Assembly (NCBI GenBank): GCA_964612095.1
Contig: CAZTEK010000001.1
Location: forward strand, 1 to 42,056
DNA: 42,056 bases
Direction of reading: 5' to 3'
From: an uncultured Verrucomicrobiota bacterium
GTDB taxonomy: Bacteria > Verrucomicrobiota > Kiritimatiellia > Kiritimatiellales > Tichowtungiaceae
Part shown: one piece after another, positions 19,477 to 28,407 of the stretch
How the letters are laid out: every line of letters begins with the position of its first letter
How positions within the stretch are numbered: the stretch's first letter is position 1
Made by a program: the position numbers and the translations under genes
Notes under the pieces: model-generated
What the model was told of the DNA's origin: nothing
Seen by the model: the letters and a program-made list of their open reading frames with translations, nothing else
Database searches by the model: none

Positions 19477-21009
19477 ATGAAACGGATGGGCTGTTTATTT
19501 GCGGGCATAGGATTGACGGCTGCGCAGCTGCAGTCGGCTGAAAAGCCGAACATTGTCGTGATCATGGCTGACGATGTGGGGCTCGGTGACATCGGGCATC
19601 ATGTCCGCACGTTTATGCAGAAAGAGCCGCTTTATAAAACACCGGCCATTGATTCACTTGCCCGGGACGGACTATGGTTCACGGACGGGCATTCAGCGAC
19701 GGCACTTTGCTCGCCGACTCGTTATTGCGTGATGAGCGGTAATAACAACTACCGTTCCCGTACTCCTTGGGGCATCTGGAATTCCTTTTCTGAAACGTTG
19801 TTCCGGCCCGGAGAGGTTACGCTCGGCAGTGTCGTCAGCGGGGCGGGCTATGCGACCGGTTTTGTCGGGAAGTGGCATCTGGGCGGCGACTTTATGTCTG
19901 CGGATGGCAAGGCGGTTTTTCGGGGCAAGGATGATAATGCCGGACCCGCGCAGGTGGACATGACCCGTATGACCGGCGGCGGGCCGATCGATTGCGGATT
20001 CGACTATAGCTTCATGCTCCCGTGCGGGGTTCAAGGCCCTGTGTATGTCGCTTATGAAAATCAAAAGTGGTTTCCGATGGGCGAGGGTTCAAAACTGGTA
20101 TTGCTGAACAAAGAAAATGCGATCAATCCGAAAGATATCTCGGACAAAGGGCCGGGCCCGGGGGATTCAAATTGGGACACACGGGAGATCGGGAAACTGA
20201 TTTCGGCCAAGGCGGTTGATTTCATTCATGCTCATGCCGGAAAGAAGCCTTTCTTCCTTTATTACTGTTCTCCGATGGCCCATGTGCCGCACTGCCCGCC
20301 CGAGACGTTTGACGGCGTACAGGTGGCGGGAAGCACTCCGTCCCGTCATCTGGATTGTGTGGCCGATCTGGATTGTCAGGTTGCCCGGATTATTCGGGCG
20401 GTAAAAGAAAAAGGGGTTTATGAAAACACGCTGTTTGTTTTCACGACCGATAACGGCGGCCTGGTCAATCTGGATCCGGACACCACACGGGCCGGACATA
20501 ATTCCGCCGGAGGATGGGCCGGCGGAAAAAATTCTCCGCTGGAAGGCGGACATCGCGTTCCGTTCATTGTGGTCTGGCCCGGACGGATTCAAGCCGGAGC
20601 CGTCAGTGATCAGGCCGTGATGAATACCGATCTGCTCGCCACTCTGGCGGCGCTGGTTGGCACGGATGTTCCGGCAGATCAGGCTATGGATTCCAATAAT
20701 CTGATGCCGCTGCTGACCGGCAGTCCCGGGTATAAACCGCGCGAGTCCCTGCTCCTGCAGGCCGGATCAAAAAATGAACTGATCTACCGGAAGGGACCCT
20801 GGAAGCTGATTATTCAAAGCGATCACAACCTGACAAAGTTTGAGCCCAAGGCACTGTTTAATCTGGAAAAAACGCCGAAAGAGCTCCCGAAGGACAATCA
20901 GATCGGCAATCCGGAGTGCAAATCGCTCATTGATCAGTTGCTGAATGAATATCTTGAAATCCGGCGGTCCGGACAACGAACAGCTCCGGCAGCGAAGGGT
21001 ATGAATTGA
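19477..21009 (+). CDS. Secreted S1 arylsulfatase
   Basis: KPNIVVIMADDVG.GD, CSPTR, GKWHLG, HVPH, TDNGG, EGGHRVP. Confidence 0.93.
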   Translation: MKRMGCLFAGIGLTAAQLQSAEKPNIVVIMADDVGLGDIGHHVRTFMQKEPLYKTPAIDSLARDGLWFTDGHSATALCSPTRYCVMSGNNNYRSRTPWGIWNSFSETLFRPGEVTLGSVVSGAGYATGFVGKWHLGGDFMSADGKAVFRGKDDNAGPAQVDMTRMTGGGPIDCGFDYSFMLPCGVQGPVYVAYENQKWFPMGEGSKLVLLNKENAINPKDISDKGPGPGDSNWDTREIGKLISAKAVDFIHAHAGKKPFFLYYCSPMAHVPHCPPETFDGVQVAGSTPSRHLDCVADLDCQVARIIRAVKEKGVYENTLFVFTTDNGGLVNLDPDTTRAGHNSAGGWAGGKNSPLEGGHRVPFIVVWPGRIQAGAVSDQAVMNTDLLATLAALVGTDVPADQAMDSNNLMPLLTGSPGYKPRESLLLQAGSKNELIYRKGPWKLIIQSDHNLTKFEPKALFNLEKTPKELPKDNQIGNPECKSLIDQLLNEYLEIRRSGQRTAPAAKGMN

Positions 21010-21022
21010 AAGGAATAGGGAA

Positions 21023-22780
21023 ATGAATCAACTGGGATATTGGATTACGGGGATGGGTTTGGTTTCGGGGGCTGTACAGGCAGTGGAAAAGCCGGCGGAT
21101 CTGAATAAACCGAATGTGGTGTTTTTTCTGATTGATGATCTCGGGCATTACGGCGTGACGGCCTATGGCGCAAACCGGCTCTCCTCCAATCAGGGATATT
21201 TTACGAATGCGCCGTTCGCAACGCCGCGAATGGACCGGATGGCGCAGCAAGGGGTGCGTTGCGAGTACGCCTATGCCTATTCGCTGTGCGAACCGACCCG
21301 TGTGGCGCTGATGACCGGAATGAACAACAACCGTAATTTCATACAGGCTAAATCCCTGTACGAATCGCAGATCACTTTCGGTGATCTGTTTAAAAAAGCG
21401 GGATACGCCACCTGCATGACCGGCAAATGGAAGCAGACCCGCGGAACCAGAGAATTTCCCGGCAAGGACTACATTTACAAGTTCGGTTGGGATGAGTTTT
21501 GTTGCTTCGATGTCATCGGCGAGGGGCGGCGCATGATCGATCCCCTGCTGGTGATCAACGGTAAACCGCAGCAGTTCTCGGGAATGGATCCGGTCACCGG
21601 ACGCCGCAGCTACGGTCCGGATATCATCAACCGCTTCGCGCTCGATTTTATTGAGAAGAATAAAGAGAAGCCGTTTTTCCTCTATTACCCGATGATCCTG
21701 GTGCACGACGAGCATACGCCTACGCCGGACAGTCAGCCGATGGAGGTTTTTGATCAGTTTGATGTCATGGCGAAAACCCCGTACGGGCACGGCCCCGGAG
21801 ATGACCGGCGTTATTTTCCGGACATGATCAACTATACCGATAAAATGATCGGTAAGGTGCTGGACAGACTCGACGAACTTGGACTGAGCGAGAATACGCT
21901 GGTGGTGGTAATGGGCGACAACGGGACCAAGGAGTGTTTTTCGCATGTGCTGCCGGACGGCTCGGTTTATCCGGGCGGCAAAGGCAGTACGGCTGAAAAC
22001 GGAATCCGGGTTCCGCTGCTGTTGCGCTGGCCGGGAGCGATTCCGGCCGGACAGGTCTATTCGGCAATGGTGAATCTGACTGATATCTATCCGACGCTGT
22101 TTGAAGCGGTGGGAATACCCGTTCCGAACATCGACAAAATTGACGGGAAAAGCTTCTGGTCTCAGGCGACAGGAAAAAACTCATCGGAACACCGCAAAAC
22201 GATTTATACCTGGTACAACGCCAATCAGCCGTCCACCGATCTGTCCGAGCTGCTGGAATATGCTCATACGAAAGAATTCAAACGGTATGCCCCTCACAAG
22301 GGCTTCCCGCAGGGGCGTTTCTTTGATCTGCGCACTGATCCGCTGGAGCAGGCCGGTCAGCCGATGATCAAGTTTTCCTGGGATCGCTGGCATCATTCGG
22401 GACTGGATATCGCAACCCTGACGCCGGATCAGCGGGCGGCCTATGATGCGCTCGGCAAGGTGCTGGAGGCAAACCGGTATGTTCCCGTCCAAGGGTTGGA
22501 AATCATAAAGAGCGAAGCGCCGGTGATGACCGGACAGTCCCGAGCCCTGGAGTGCCGGATCATCCCGGTCCATGCGACCCGGCAAAATGTAATCTGGGAA
22601 TCGAGTGATCCGTCGGTGGCAACGGTTGACAAGTTTGGAACGCTCACCGCGCACAAAACCGGCCGGGTGACGGTGACGGTTTATTCGTGGGACGATGCGT
22701 ATCCGGTGGCCTCCAATGCCGCGAAAGCCTTTTCGAAAGAGGGAGTCCGGGCATTGGTCAGTCTGGATGTGGTGGAATAA
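21023..22780 (+). CDS. Secreted S1 sulfatase with a C-terminal Ig-like (Big_2) domain
   Basis: KPNVVFFLIDDLG, CEPTRVALMTG, GDNGT; C-terminal P..AT.QNVIWESSDPSVATVD..G.LTA.K.G. Confidence 0.92.
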   Translation: MNQLGYWITGMGLVSGAVQAVEKPADLNKPNVVFFLIDDLGHYGVTAYGANRLSSNQGYFTNAPFATPRMDRMAQQGVRCEYAYAYSLCEPTRVALMTGMNNNRNFIQAKSLYESQITFGDLFKKAGYATCMTGKWKQTRGTREFPGKDYIYKFGWDEFCCFDVIGEGRRMIDPLLVINGKPQQFSGMDPVTGRRSYGPDIINRFALDFIEKNKEKPFFLYYPMILVHDEHTPTPDSQPMEVFDQFDVMAKTPYGHGPGDDRRYFPDMINYTDKMIGKVLDRLDELGLSENTLVVVMGDNGTKECFSHVLPDGSVYPGGKGSTAENGIRVPLLLRWPGAIPAGQVYSAMVNLTDIYPTLFEAVGIPVPNIDKIDGKSFWSQATGKNSSEHRKTIYTWYNANQPSTDLSELLEYAHTKEFKRYAPHKGFPQGRFFDLRTDPLEQAGQPMIKFSWDRWHHSGLDIATLTPDQRAAYDALGKVLEANRYVPVQGLEIIKSEAPVMTGQSRALECRIIPVHATRQNVIWESSDPSVATVDKFGTLTAHKTGRVTVTVYSWDDAYPVASNAAKAFSKEGVRALVSLDVVE

Positions 22781-22832
22781 TCACGATCGGAACGTTAATT
22801 CGGGCAATGAAAAGAAAACGGAGAGGGTTGTG

Positions 22833-22907
22833 ATGAAAAACCGGATGATGATTTTTTCGGCGGGCTTTGCTGGTACCGGTTTCGGAAGCAACGATTATGA
22901 AAATTAA
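22833..22907 (+). pseudogene. Orphan signal-peptide-like N-terminus (gene scar)
   Basis: GGAGAGG RBS followed by MKNRMMIFSAGFAGTGFGSNDYEN*. Deleting one T gives MKNRMMIFSAGLLVPVSEA, which looks like a signal peptide and is in frame with the next gene. Confidence 0.4.
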
Positions 22908-24267
22908 AATGTCATTTGCGCCCATTGGACTGCTCTGCTTTTCGGCTCTCGCGGCGGAGCGTCCCAACATTCTCATTATTCTGGCTGATGATTTCGGCTG
23001 CGGAATCGCCAACTGCTACGGCGGTGATCCGGCGCGGGTCGCTACGCCGAACATCGACCGGCTGGCTTCCGAGGGCGCGAAGTTCACGGACGGTTATGTC
23101 ACCTGCTCGGTCTGCGGGCCTTCTCGCGCAGGCATCATGACCGGTCGCTACCAGCAGCGTTTCGGGATCTATGCCAACACGGACAATCAGGCGGCGGGTG
23201 GCGGCGTGCCCGGCGACCAGACCATGATGCCGGTCTACTTCAAAAACGCGGGCTACGCCACCGCCATGATCGGCAAGTGGCATTTGGGCGATAAGCCCGG
23301 ACAACATCCGCTGGAGAAGGGCTTCGATGAATACTTCGGGTTCGACAGTGCGCAGACCGACTATTTTATGTCGCCGATCCTGTTCGACGGGCGGAAAAAG
23401 GTAAAGGAGCACGACTACCTCACCCGCGAGTTTTCCAGCCGGACCATCGATTTCATCGGACGCGCCGGCAACAGGCCGTTTTTTATCTACCTCGCCTACA
23501 ACGCCGTCCATGGACCCAACCATGCACCTGAGGAGACTATTCAACGGTTTTCCAAATTACCCAAAAAGGAGGCGATCCAGGCGGCGATGGTGGCGGAGCT
23601 CGACGAGGGGATCGGCCGCGTGCTCAAGACACTGGATGCCACCGGCAAGAGCGCCAACACACTGGTCTTTTTCCTGAGTGACAACGGCGGGTTGCCCAGC
23701 TGGTGGGAGGAGAGTCACGGCGGCCTGCGAGGCTACAAACGCGAGCAGTTCGATGGCGGGGGAAAGGTGCCCTTCCTGGTCCGTTGGCCGGCGGAACTCA
23801 AGGCCGGGCAGGTGCGGAATCAGCCGGTCATCTCGCTCGATATCCTGCCGACCGCGCTGGAGGCGGCGGGCATTACAAAACCCGTCGGCGAGATCTTCGA
23901 CGGCATCAGTCTGCTGCCCCCGCTGAAGGCCGGCAAAGATTTACAACTCAACCGCACCCTCTATTGGGCCGGTTCGCACTACGACAATGGCCCCGGAGCC
24001 CAAAAAGGTAAGGGCGGCGGGCACGATAATCCGCCTCCGTCATGGGCGGTGCGTCGCGGGCCTTGGAAAATGATGCAGATCATGGAGCAGGGGCCTCCGA
24101 TGCTCTTCAATATCGAAGAAGATCCTGCAGAGGCCAGCAATGTCATCGCCCGGCACCCGGAACTCGCCGCAGAACTTCAGGCCGCGTTTATTGATTGGTT
24201 CAAGATCGGGGGCAAGCCGATCAGCTGGGATGAGAAATACTACCGGCAGTTGAAAGATCTGCATTGA
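22897..24267 (+). CDS. Secreted S1 sulfatase
   Basis: Signal peptide MKIKMSFAPIGLLCFSALA; RPNILIILADD, CGPSRAGIMTGRY, GKWHLG, SDNGG. Start taken at ATG 22897. Confidence 0.93.
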   Translation: MKIKMSFAPIGLLCFSALAAERPNILIILADDFGCGIANCYGGDPARVATPNIDRLASEGAKFTDGYVTCSVCGPSRAGIMTGRYQQRFGIYANTDNQAAGGGVPGDQTMMPVYFKNAGYATAMIGKWHLGDKPGQHPLEKGFDEYFGFDSAQTDYFMSPILFDGRKKVKEHDYLTREFSSRTIDFIGRAGNRPFFIYLAYNAVHGPNHAPEETIQRFSKLPKKEAIQAAMVAELDEGIGRVLKTLDATGKSANTLVFFLSDNGGLPSWWEESHGGLRGYKREQFDGGGKVPFLVRWPAELKAGQVRNQPVISLDILPTALEAAGITKPVGEIFDGISLLPPLKAGKDLQLNRTLYWAGSHYDNGPGAQKGKGGGHDNPPPSWAVRRGPWKMMQIMEQGPPMLFNIEEDPAEASNVIARHPELAAELQAAFIDWFKIGGKPISWDEKYYRQLKDLH

Positions 24268-24319
24268 TCCGCGGCTGTTTTTCTGTGGACGGAGCTGTTG
24301 GATAAAAGGAGAAGTCAGG

Positions 24320-24334
24320 ATGAAAAAGCTGTGA
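24320..24334 (+). pseudogene. Orphan start (RBS + MKKL*) of a lost gene
   Basis: Strong AAGGAG RBS, then ATG AAA AAG CTG TGA ATT GCG GGA TCC CTT (MKKL*IAGSL). Confidence 0.35.
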
Positions 24335-24466
24335 ATTGCGGGATCCCTTGACCAATCTGACCAGCGGGATCTCCGGCAGTAGAGTGGTGTAATTTATTGA
24401 TTTTCAGGGTGCAGTCGGTCGTTTTTACCGGATCCGGGCCGTTGTGGAACCGGCGCTGCCGGGCGG

Positions 24467-24494
24467 GGAGTGATAAAAAGCGGAGTGATAAAAA
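24467..24494. repeat. 13-bp direct repeat abutting a -35 element
   Basis: GGAGTGATAAAAA at 24467 and 24482. Confidence 0.7.
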
Positions 24495-24496
24495 AC

Positions 24497-24525
24497 TTGA
24501 TTCGGGAGCTGTATTGGAATAATTT
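24497..24525 (+). promoter_or_regulatory. Putative internal sigma70 promoter
   Basis: TTGATT-17 nt-TAATTT overlapping operator site 4. Confidence 0.55.
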
Positions 24526-24538
24526 GTGAACGTTAACA
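24525..24538. promoter_or_regulatory. LacI-type operator, site 4
   Basis: TGTGAACGTTAACA, 13/14. Confidence 0.8.
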
Positions 24539-24617
24539 AGCTGTTTGGAGATTCGCAAAGTGCGGATCGCGGTTTGCTCGTTTTTTAAATCATAAATTCT
24601 TTGTGGAGAGTTTTTTT

Positions 24618-25355
24618 ATGAATAAAGTTACAAGCGGGCTGGTTTTTGTTCTGTGTCTGAATGCTGCCGCTCAGCAGATAAATTTTACAGCGGCCGAGGG
24701 GTATGTAAACAAGGCGTTAAACAGACAGAAAGGCTGGGATGCATCGCCGGGCTGGATGGTGGATGCGAACGGCGGAACGGTTTCTGCAACCAAGGTGTTT
24801 CAGAAGGCTGTGCTGACCGGACATCCGGTTATTGTGTCTCCGGGCGGATCTGTTCTGGTGCGGGTGGCCTTTCAGCTGCTCGGCACTCCGGCAGTCCCGT
24901 CCGGCGGTAATACGCCCTTACTCGCAGTGGGGTTGAAAGTGGCGGGTGGTGAAGAGATCAAGCCCGAAAGAGTGAGTCAGACGGTGCTGGCGTTGTCTCT
25001 GGCCGGTACGCTGCAGCTCCGGAATAATAACAATTCGGGAGGACTGATTTCGGCTTCGGCGCTTCCGGTTGCCGGAAATGCACAGGCCCCGCTGGCGATT
25101 GAATACAGATTGGCGCTGGGGGCAACCGCCGAGGAATCAACCTTTTCGGCCAAGCTGATCAATCTGTCGACCGGCATCGAATCTCCGGCCGGATCCTATA
25201 CCGGAATCAGTCAGCAGGTCTTTGATGCGGTGACATCGGGCGGAGTGGAGCCTTATTTCAGCGCTCAGACGTTTGATGTAAATTCCTCGGGGGTCAGTGG
25301 CATTCAAGTCGATTCCGTTCAGGTCTACCCTGGGGTTACAATGATTGTCGGGTGA
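24618..25355 (+). CDS. Secreted hypothetical protein, probable single beta-sandwich
   Basis: GGAG RBS; signal peptide MNKVTSGLVFVLCLNAAA; FTAAEGY..L..Q.GW start; rich in small residues; ends PGVTMIVG. Confidence 0.75.
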   Translation: MNKVTSGLVFVLCLNAAAQQINFTAAEGYVNKALNRQKGWDASPGWMVDANGGTVSATKVFQKAVLTGHPVIVSPGGSVLVRVAFQLLGTPAVPSGGNTPLLAVGLKVAGGEEIKPERVSQTVLALSLAGTLQLRNNNNSGGLISASALPVAGNAQAPLAIEYRLALGATAEESTFSAKLINLSTGIESPAGSYTGISQQVFDAVTSGGVEPYFSAQTFDVNSSGVSGIQVDSVQVYPGVTMIVG

Positions 25356-25371
25356 AAAAGAGGCGGCCTGG

Positions 25372-25437
25372 ATGAAACAGTTTGCGGTGCTGATGTTCGT
25401 CAGCGCATCGGGTGTTCAGATTGATTATTTGCATTGA
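25372..25437 (+). pseudogene. Orphan signal-peptide-like N-terminus (gene scar)
   Basis: GAGG RBS followed by MKQFAVLMFVSASGVQIDYLH*. Confidence 0.35.
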
Positions 25438-25472
25438 TGCAAAGTTGGCAGATTTGTGCTGGGGGGGGATCT

Positions 25473-26675
25473 ATGAAGCGGTTTTTAATGCTGACAGGCG
25501 CTCTCGGAATGGCGACTTTTCTGGCGGCGGCATCGGTTGCGGACGGAGGAAAAAAAAAGGTTCTGCTGCTGGGGGATGACGTGCTGTTTTCCTGCGGGAC
25601 CGCGGTGTCACAGTTGCTGGACGGAAAGGCGGAGTGTACCTTTGTCAGAATGCCGGAAACTGCCGGCCTGGACTGGATGGTCTTTTTCCGGGATCAGGTG
25701 AATACCTCCCGCTGGGACGTGATCCATTTTGCATGTACCCGCCCTCTGATGGCTCAAAGCGGACGGGCGAATCTTACCGGGCTGATTGCTGAATTGCAGA
25801 AAACCGGGGCCTGTCTGGTCGGAGCGTCCCTGACCCCGGTCCGCGGCTCGATGCCCGGCATCAGACGGAACGATGATTTTCAGTCTGCGAAGCGGTTCGG
25901 CAAGGTGCTTCAAATGGAGGGAATCCGGCTGAATGATCTCGGCGATTATACGCAGACCCGGCTGGCGGAGATGGTACAGATGAATTCCAATCTGCCGACG
26001 GAGCTGGGGGTTCAACTGATGGCCGAGCAGATCGTGAACGGTGTTCTGGAAGCGATGAATGAAGGGGCGGACCCCAACCGGCCGCGTATTCTGATTGTCG
26101 GCGATTCCATCGCCGGGGGCTACTACAGCGCAACCCGCGGGCTTTTTGCCGGCAGGGCCGCGGTGTTTTCCGGCGGAACAACCTACAATGACCGCAATCC
26201 CGATTGGAAAAAAATCGTCGATCAGTATATCGAAAAAGGCGGTGAGAAGGGCTGGGCTGTGATCCAGTTCAACTGGGGATTGCATGCCGTCAAGTTTGTG
26301 GATGAACAGAACCGCAACAGCGAGCCCGGTAAACCCGGTGCGCATATCCAGTTCACCGTGGAAGAGTATGCCCGGAATCTGGAGCTGTTTGTCAATGAGC
26401 TCAAGCGCACCGGCGCTAAACTGGTGTTTGCCACAACCACGCCGGTGCCGAAGGGCGCCTCCGGGTCGATCCGGTATCTCGACCTGACGCCGTATAACGA
26501 GGCGGCCAAAGCGATCATGAAAAAGCATGGAATCCCGGTCAACGATCTGTATGCGGCGGCGCTGCCGCGTCTGCCGGCTCTGCAGATCGAAAACAATGTC
26601 CATTTCACCGCGTCCGGATCGGCTGAGCTGGCAAAACAGAATTTTAAGGTTCTGCTGCCGCTGCTCGCAAGGTAG
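25473..26675 (+). CDS. Secreted tandem-SGNH protein (degenerate domain + intact domain)
   Basis: Domain 1 has LLLGDDV (no Ser) and no His motif. Domain 2 has LIVGDSI, QFNWGLHA and NNVHFT. Start ATG 25473 with signal peptide. Confidence 0.82.
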   Translation: MKRFLMLTGALGMATFLAAASVADGGKKKVLLLGDDVLFSCGTAVSQLLDGKAECTFVRMPETAGLDWMVFFRDQVNTSRWDVIHFACTRPLMAQSGRANLTGLIAELQKTGACLVGASLTPVRGSMPGIRRNDDFQSAKRFGKVLQMEGIRLNDLGDYTQTRLAEMVQMNSNLPTELGVQLMAEQIVNGVLEAMNEGADPNRPRILIVGDSIAGGYYSATRGLFAGRAAVFSGGTTYNDRNPDWKKIVDQYIEKGGEKGWAVIQFNWGLHAVKFVDEQNRNSEPGKPGAHIQFTVEEYARNLELFVNELKRTGAKLVFATTTPVPKGASGSIRYLDLTPYNEAAKAIMKKHGIPVNDLYAAALPRLPALQIENNVHFTASGSAELAKQNFKVLLPLLAR

Positions 26676-26766
26676 GCGGCAGATTAGCCGGCGCAGTTTT
26701 TTATACGTTTATGAGAAGCTTGCGGGGCGGTGAGGTCGGGCACGTTGCAATCCAAAACAGTTCAAA

Positions 26767-28407
26767 ATGAAAGAAGCAATGAAAACACGATTTTTGCATA
26801 CAGCAACTCTGCTTGCGTCATCCGCAACGGCGCTGGCCGCAGGTGTCTCGCCGGCACTTGAAAAACCGAATATTGTCATTTTTTTCGCCGACGATATCAG
26901 TGCGCGGGAAATCCCGGTGTACGGGTCAAAGGTCTGGAGTCCTCCCGAAGCAGGGGATACGTCGGATCCGGCTTTTCGTGCAAAGACCCCGGTGCTGGAC
27001 AAACTGGCGGCGGAAGGGTGCTGGATCAAGACCGCCTGGGCTGCGACGGTCTGCTCTCCCAGCCGCGCCATGATGATGACCGGACGGTATGCGCATCGGC
27101 ATAAGTGGTGGGTCAACGGTGACATTGGTCTATATCGGAATCCTGACGGAAAACTGATTCCGTGGCCGCTGTATGAAAGTTCGCCAATTCAGATCGGCCA
27201 TGTGGCGCAGCAGGCCGGTTACGGAACCTTCTGGGCCGGCAAGACGCAGATGAAGGGGTCGGATCTGCGGCGGTTCGGATTTGATGAAGGGTGTTTTACT
27301 CCCGGGGAAGATGCTTCAACGAAAAATCCATATACCGATTTTGAACTGGTTTTGCAGAAGACAGCGGAAGGGAAGCAGCTGGTCAACCGGGATACCGGAA
27401 AGCCGGCCGATGTCTATGTTCAGCAGAGCTGGTACTGGGCTCCGCATGTTCTTTTGATGAATCATCCCTCCGCTTCCGCGCAGTTTGAGTGGTGGCCGAA
27501 TACACCCGAAGCGCAAAAAACATACGGATTGAACACCTACGGCCCGGATGTGGAGCTGGAGTTTGTTTTCGAGTTCATGGATCGGCAGAAGAAGGCTGGA
27601 AAACCATTTTTGATCTATCATACGAGCCACCTCGGTCATGACGGGTTCAACTGGTTCAATCCGCAGAGCGAGAGCAGATGGCCGGGAACGCCTGTTGTGA
27701 CGTGGAATGGATCCGGTTATGTGCGGACGCCGCCGAATGTGACCGGCGACAACGGCGTGTATGACACGCACGGAACGGTGACGGAATCCGGCATCCACAC
27801 GCATATCCGGTATATCGATTACCAGATCTGGCTTTATCTGAATAAATTCAAGGAACTCGGAATTGACGGGAACACGGTGTTTGTTTTCTGCGCCGACAAC
27901 GGAACCAGTAAATACGGCAAGATGAGCCCGGACCGGCAGAAAGGATGCCATATTCCGCTCATTATCTATGCGCCCGGCATGACAAAGCACGGGGCGCAGG
28001 ACGTTCTGGTGAATCTGTCTGACATCCTGCCGACGGTCGCTGACTTGACGGGTGTAAAGCTGCCGGCCGGTTATGAAATCGACGGCGAGAGTCTGGTTCC
28101 GTTTCTCTTTGGCGCAAAACCGGAACACCGGGAGTGGATTTATTCCTATCAGGGCCCCGGTCAGCTGATTCGCGGGAAATATGTGATGAGGGACGGCCGG
28201 AACAAGTGGTGGGATGTTTCCGGAACCCCGGATGATTTAATCAGTTTTCGCGAGATCAAGGATTGGGGATCGGTGCTGGAGACGCACCGGGATGAGCGGG
28301 AGCGACTCCTGAAAATACTTCCAGGATACGATCTCCATGAAAGGGAGCATGATGCGCCGGGCGTCTCTTCCGGAGCCACCCCGGTGAAAAAGCGGAAAAA
28401 AGAATGA
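26767..28407 (+). CDS. Secreted S1 sulfatase, paralogue of 10797..12770
   Basis: KPNIVIFFADDISARE, CSPSRAMMMTGRY, TSHLGH, ADNGT; alternative start 26779. Confidence 0.92.
   Translation: MKEAMKTRFLHTATLLASSATALAAGVSPALEKPNIVIFFADDISAREIPVYGSKVWSPPEAGDTSDPAFRAKTPVLDKLAAEGCWIKTAWAATVCSPSRAMMMTGRYAHRHKWWVNGDIGLYRNPDGKLIPWPLYESSPIQIGHVAQQAGYGTFWAGKTQMKGSDLRRFGFDEGCFTPGEDASTKNPYTDFELVLQKTAEGKQLVNRDTGKPADVYVQQSWYWAPHVLLMNHPSASAQFEWWPNTPEAQKTYGLNTYGPDVELEFVFEFMDRQKKAGKPFLIYHTSHLGHDGFNWFNPQSESRWPGTPVVTWNGSGYVRTPPNVTGDNGVYDTHGTVTESGIHTHIRYIDYQIWLYLNKFKELGIDGNTVFVFCADNGTSKYGKMSPDRQKGCHIPLIIYAPGMTKHGAQDVLVNLSDILPTVADLTGVKLPAGYEIDGESLVPFLFGAKPEHREWIYSYQGPGQLIRGKYVMRDGRNKWWDVSGTPDDLISFREIKDWGSVLETHRDERERLLKILPGYDLHEREHDAPGVSSGATPVKKRKKE

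Noticed and set aside
26676-26702. CGGC-AGATTA-GCCG hairpin followed by a T-run as a terminator
   Set aside because: The stem is only 4 bp and is separated from the T tract; too weak to call.
26700-26713. TTTATACGTTTATG region as an additional operator
   Set aside because: Only about 8/14 to the palindrome and lacks the TG...CA ends.
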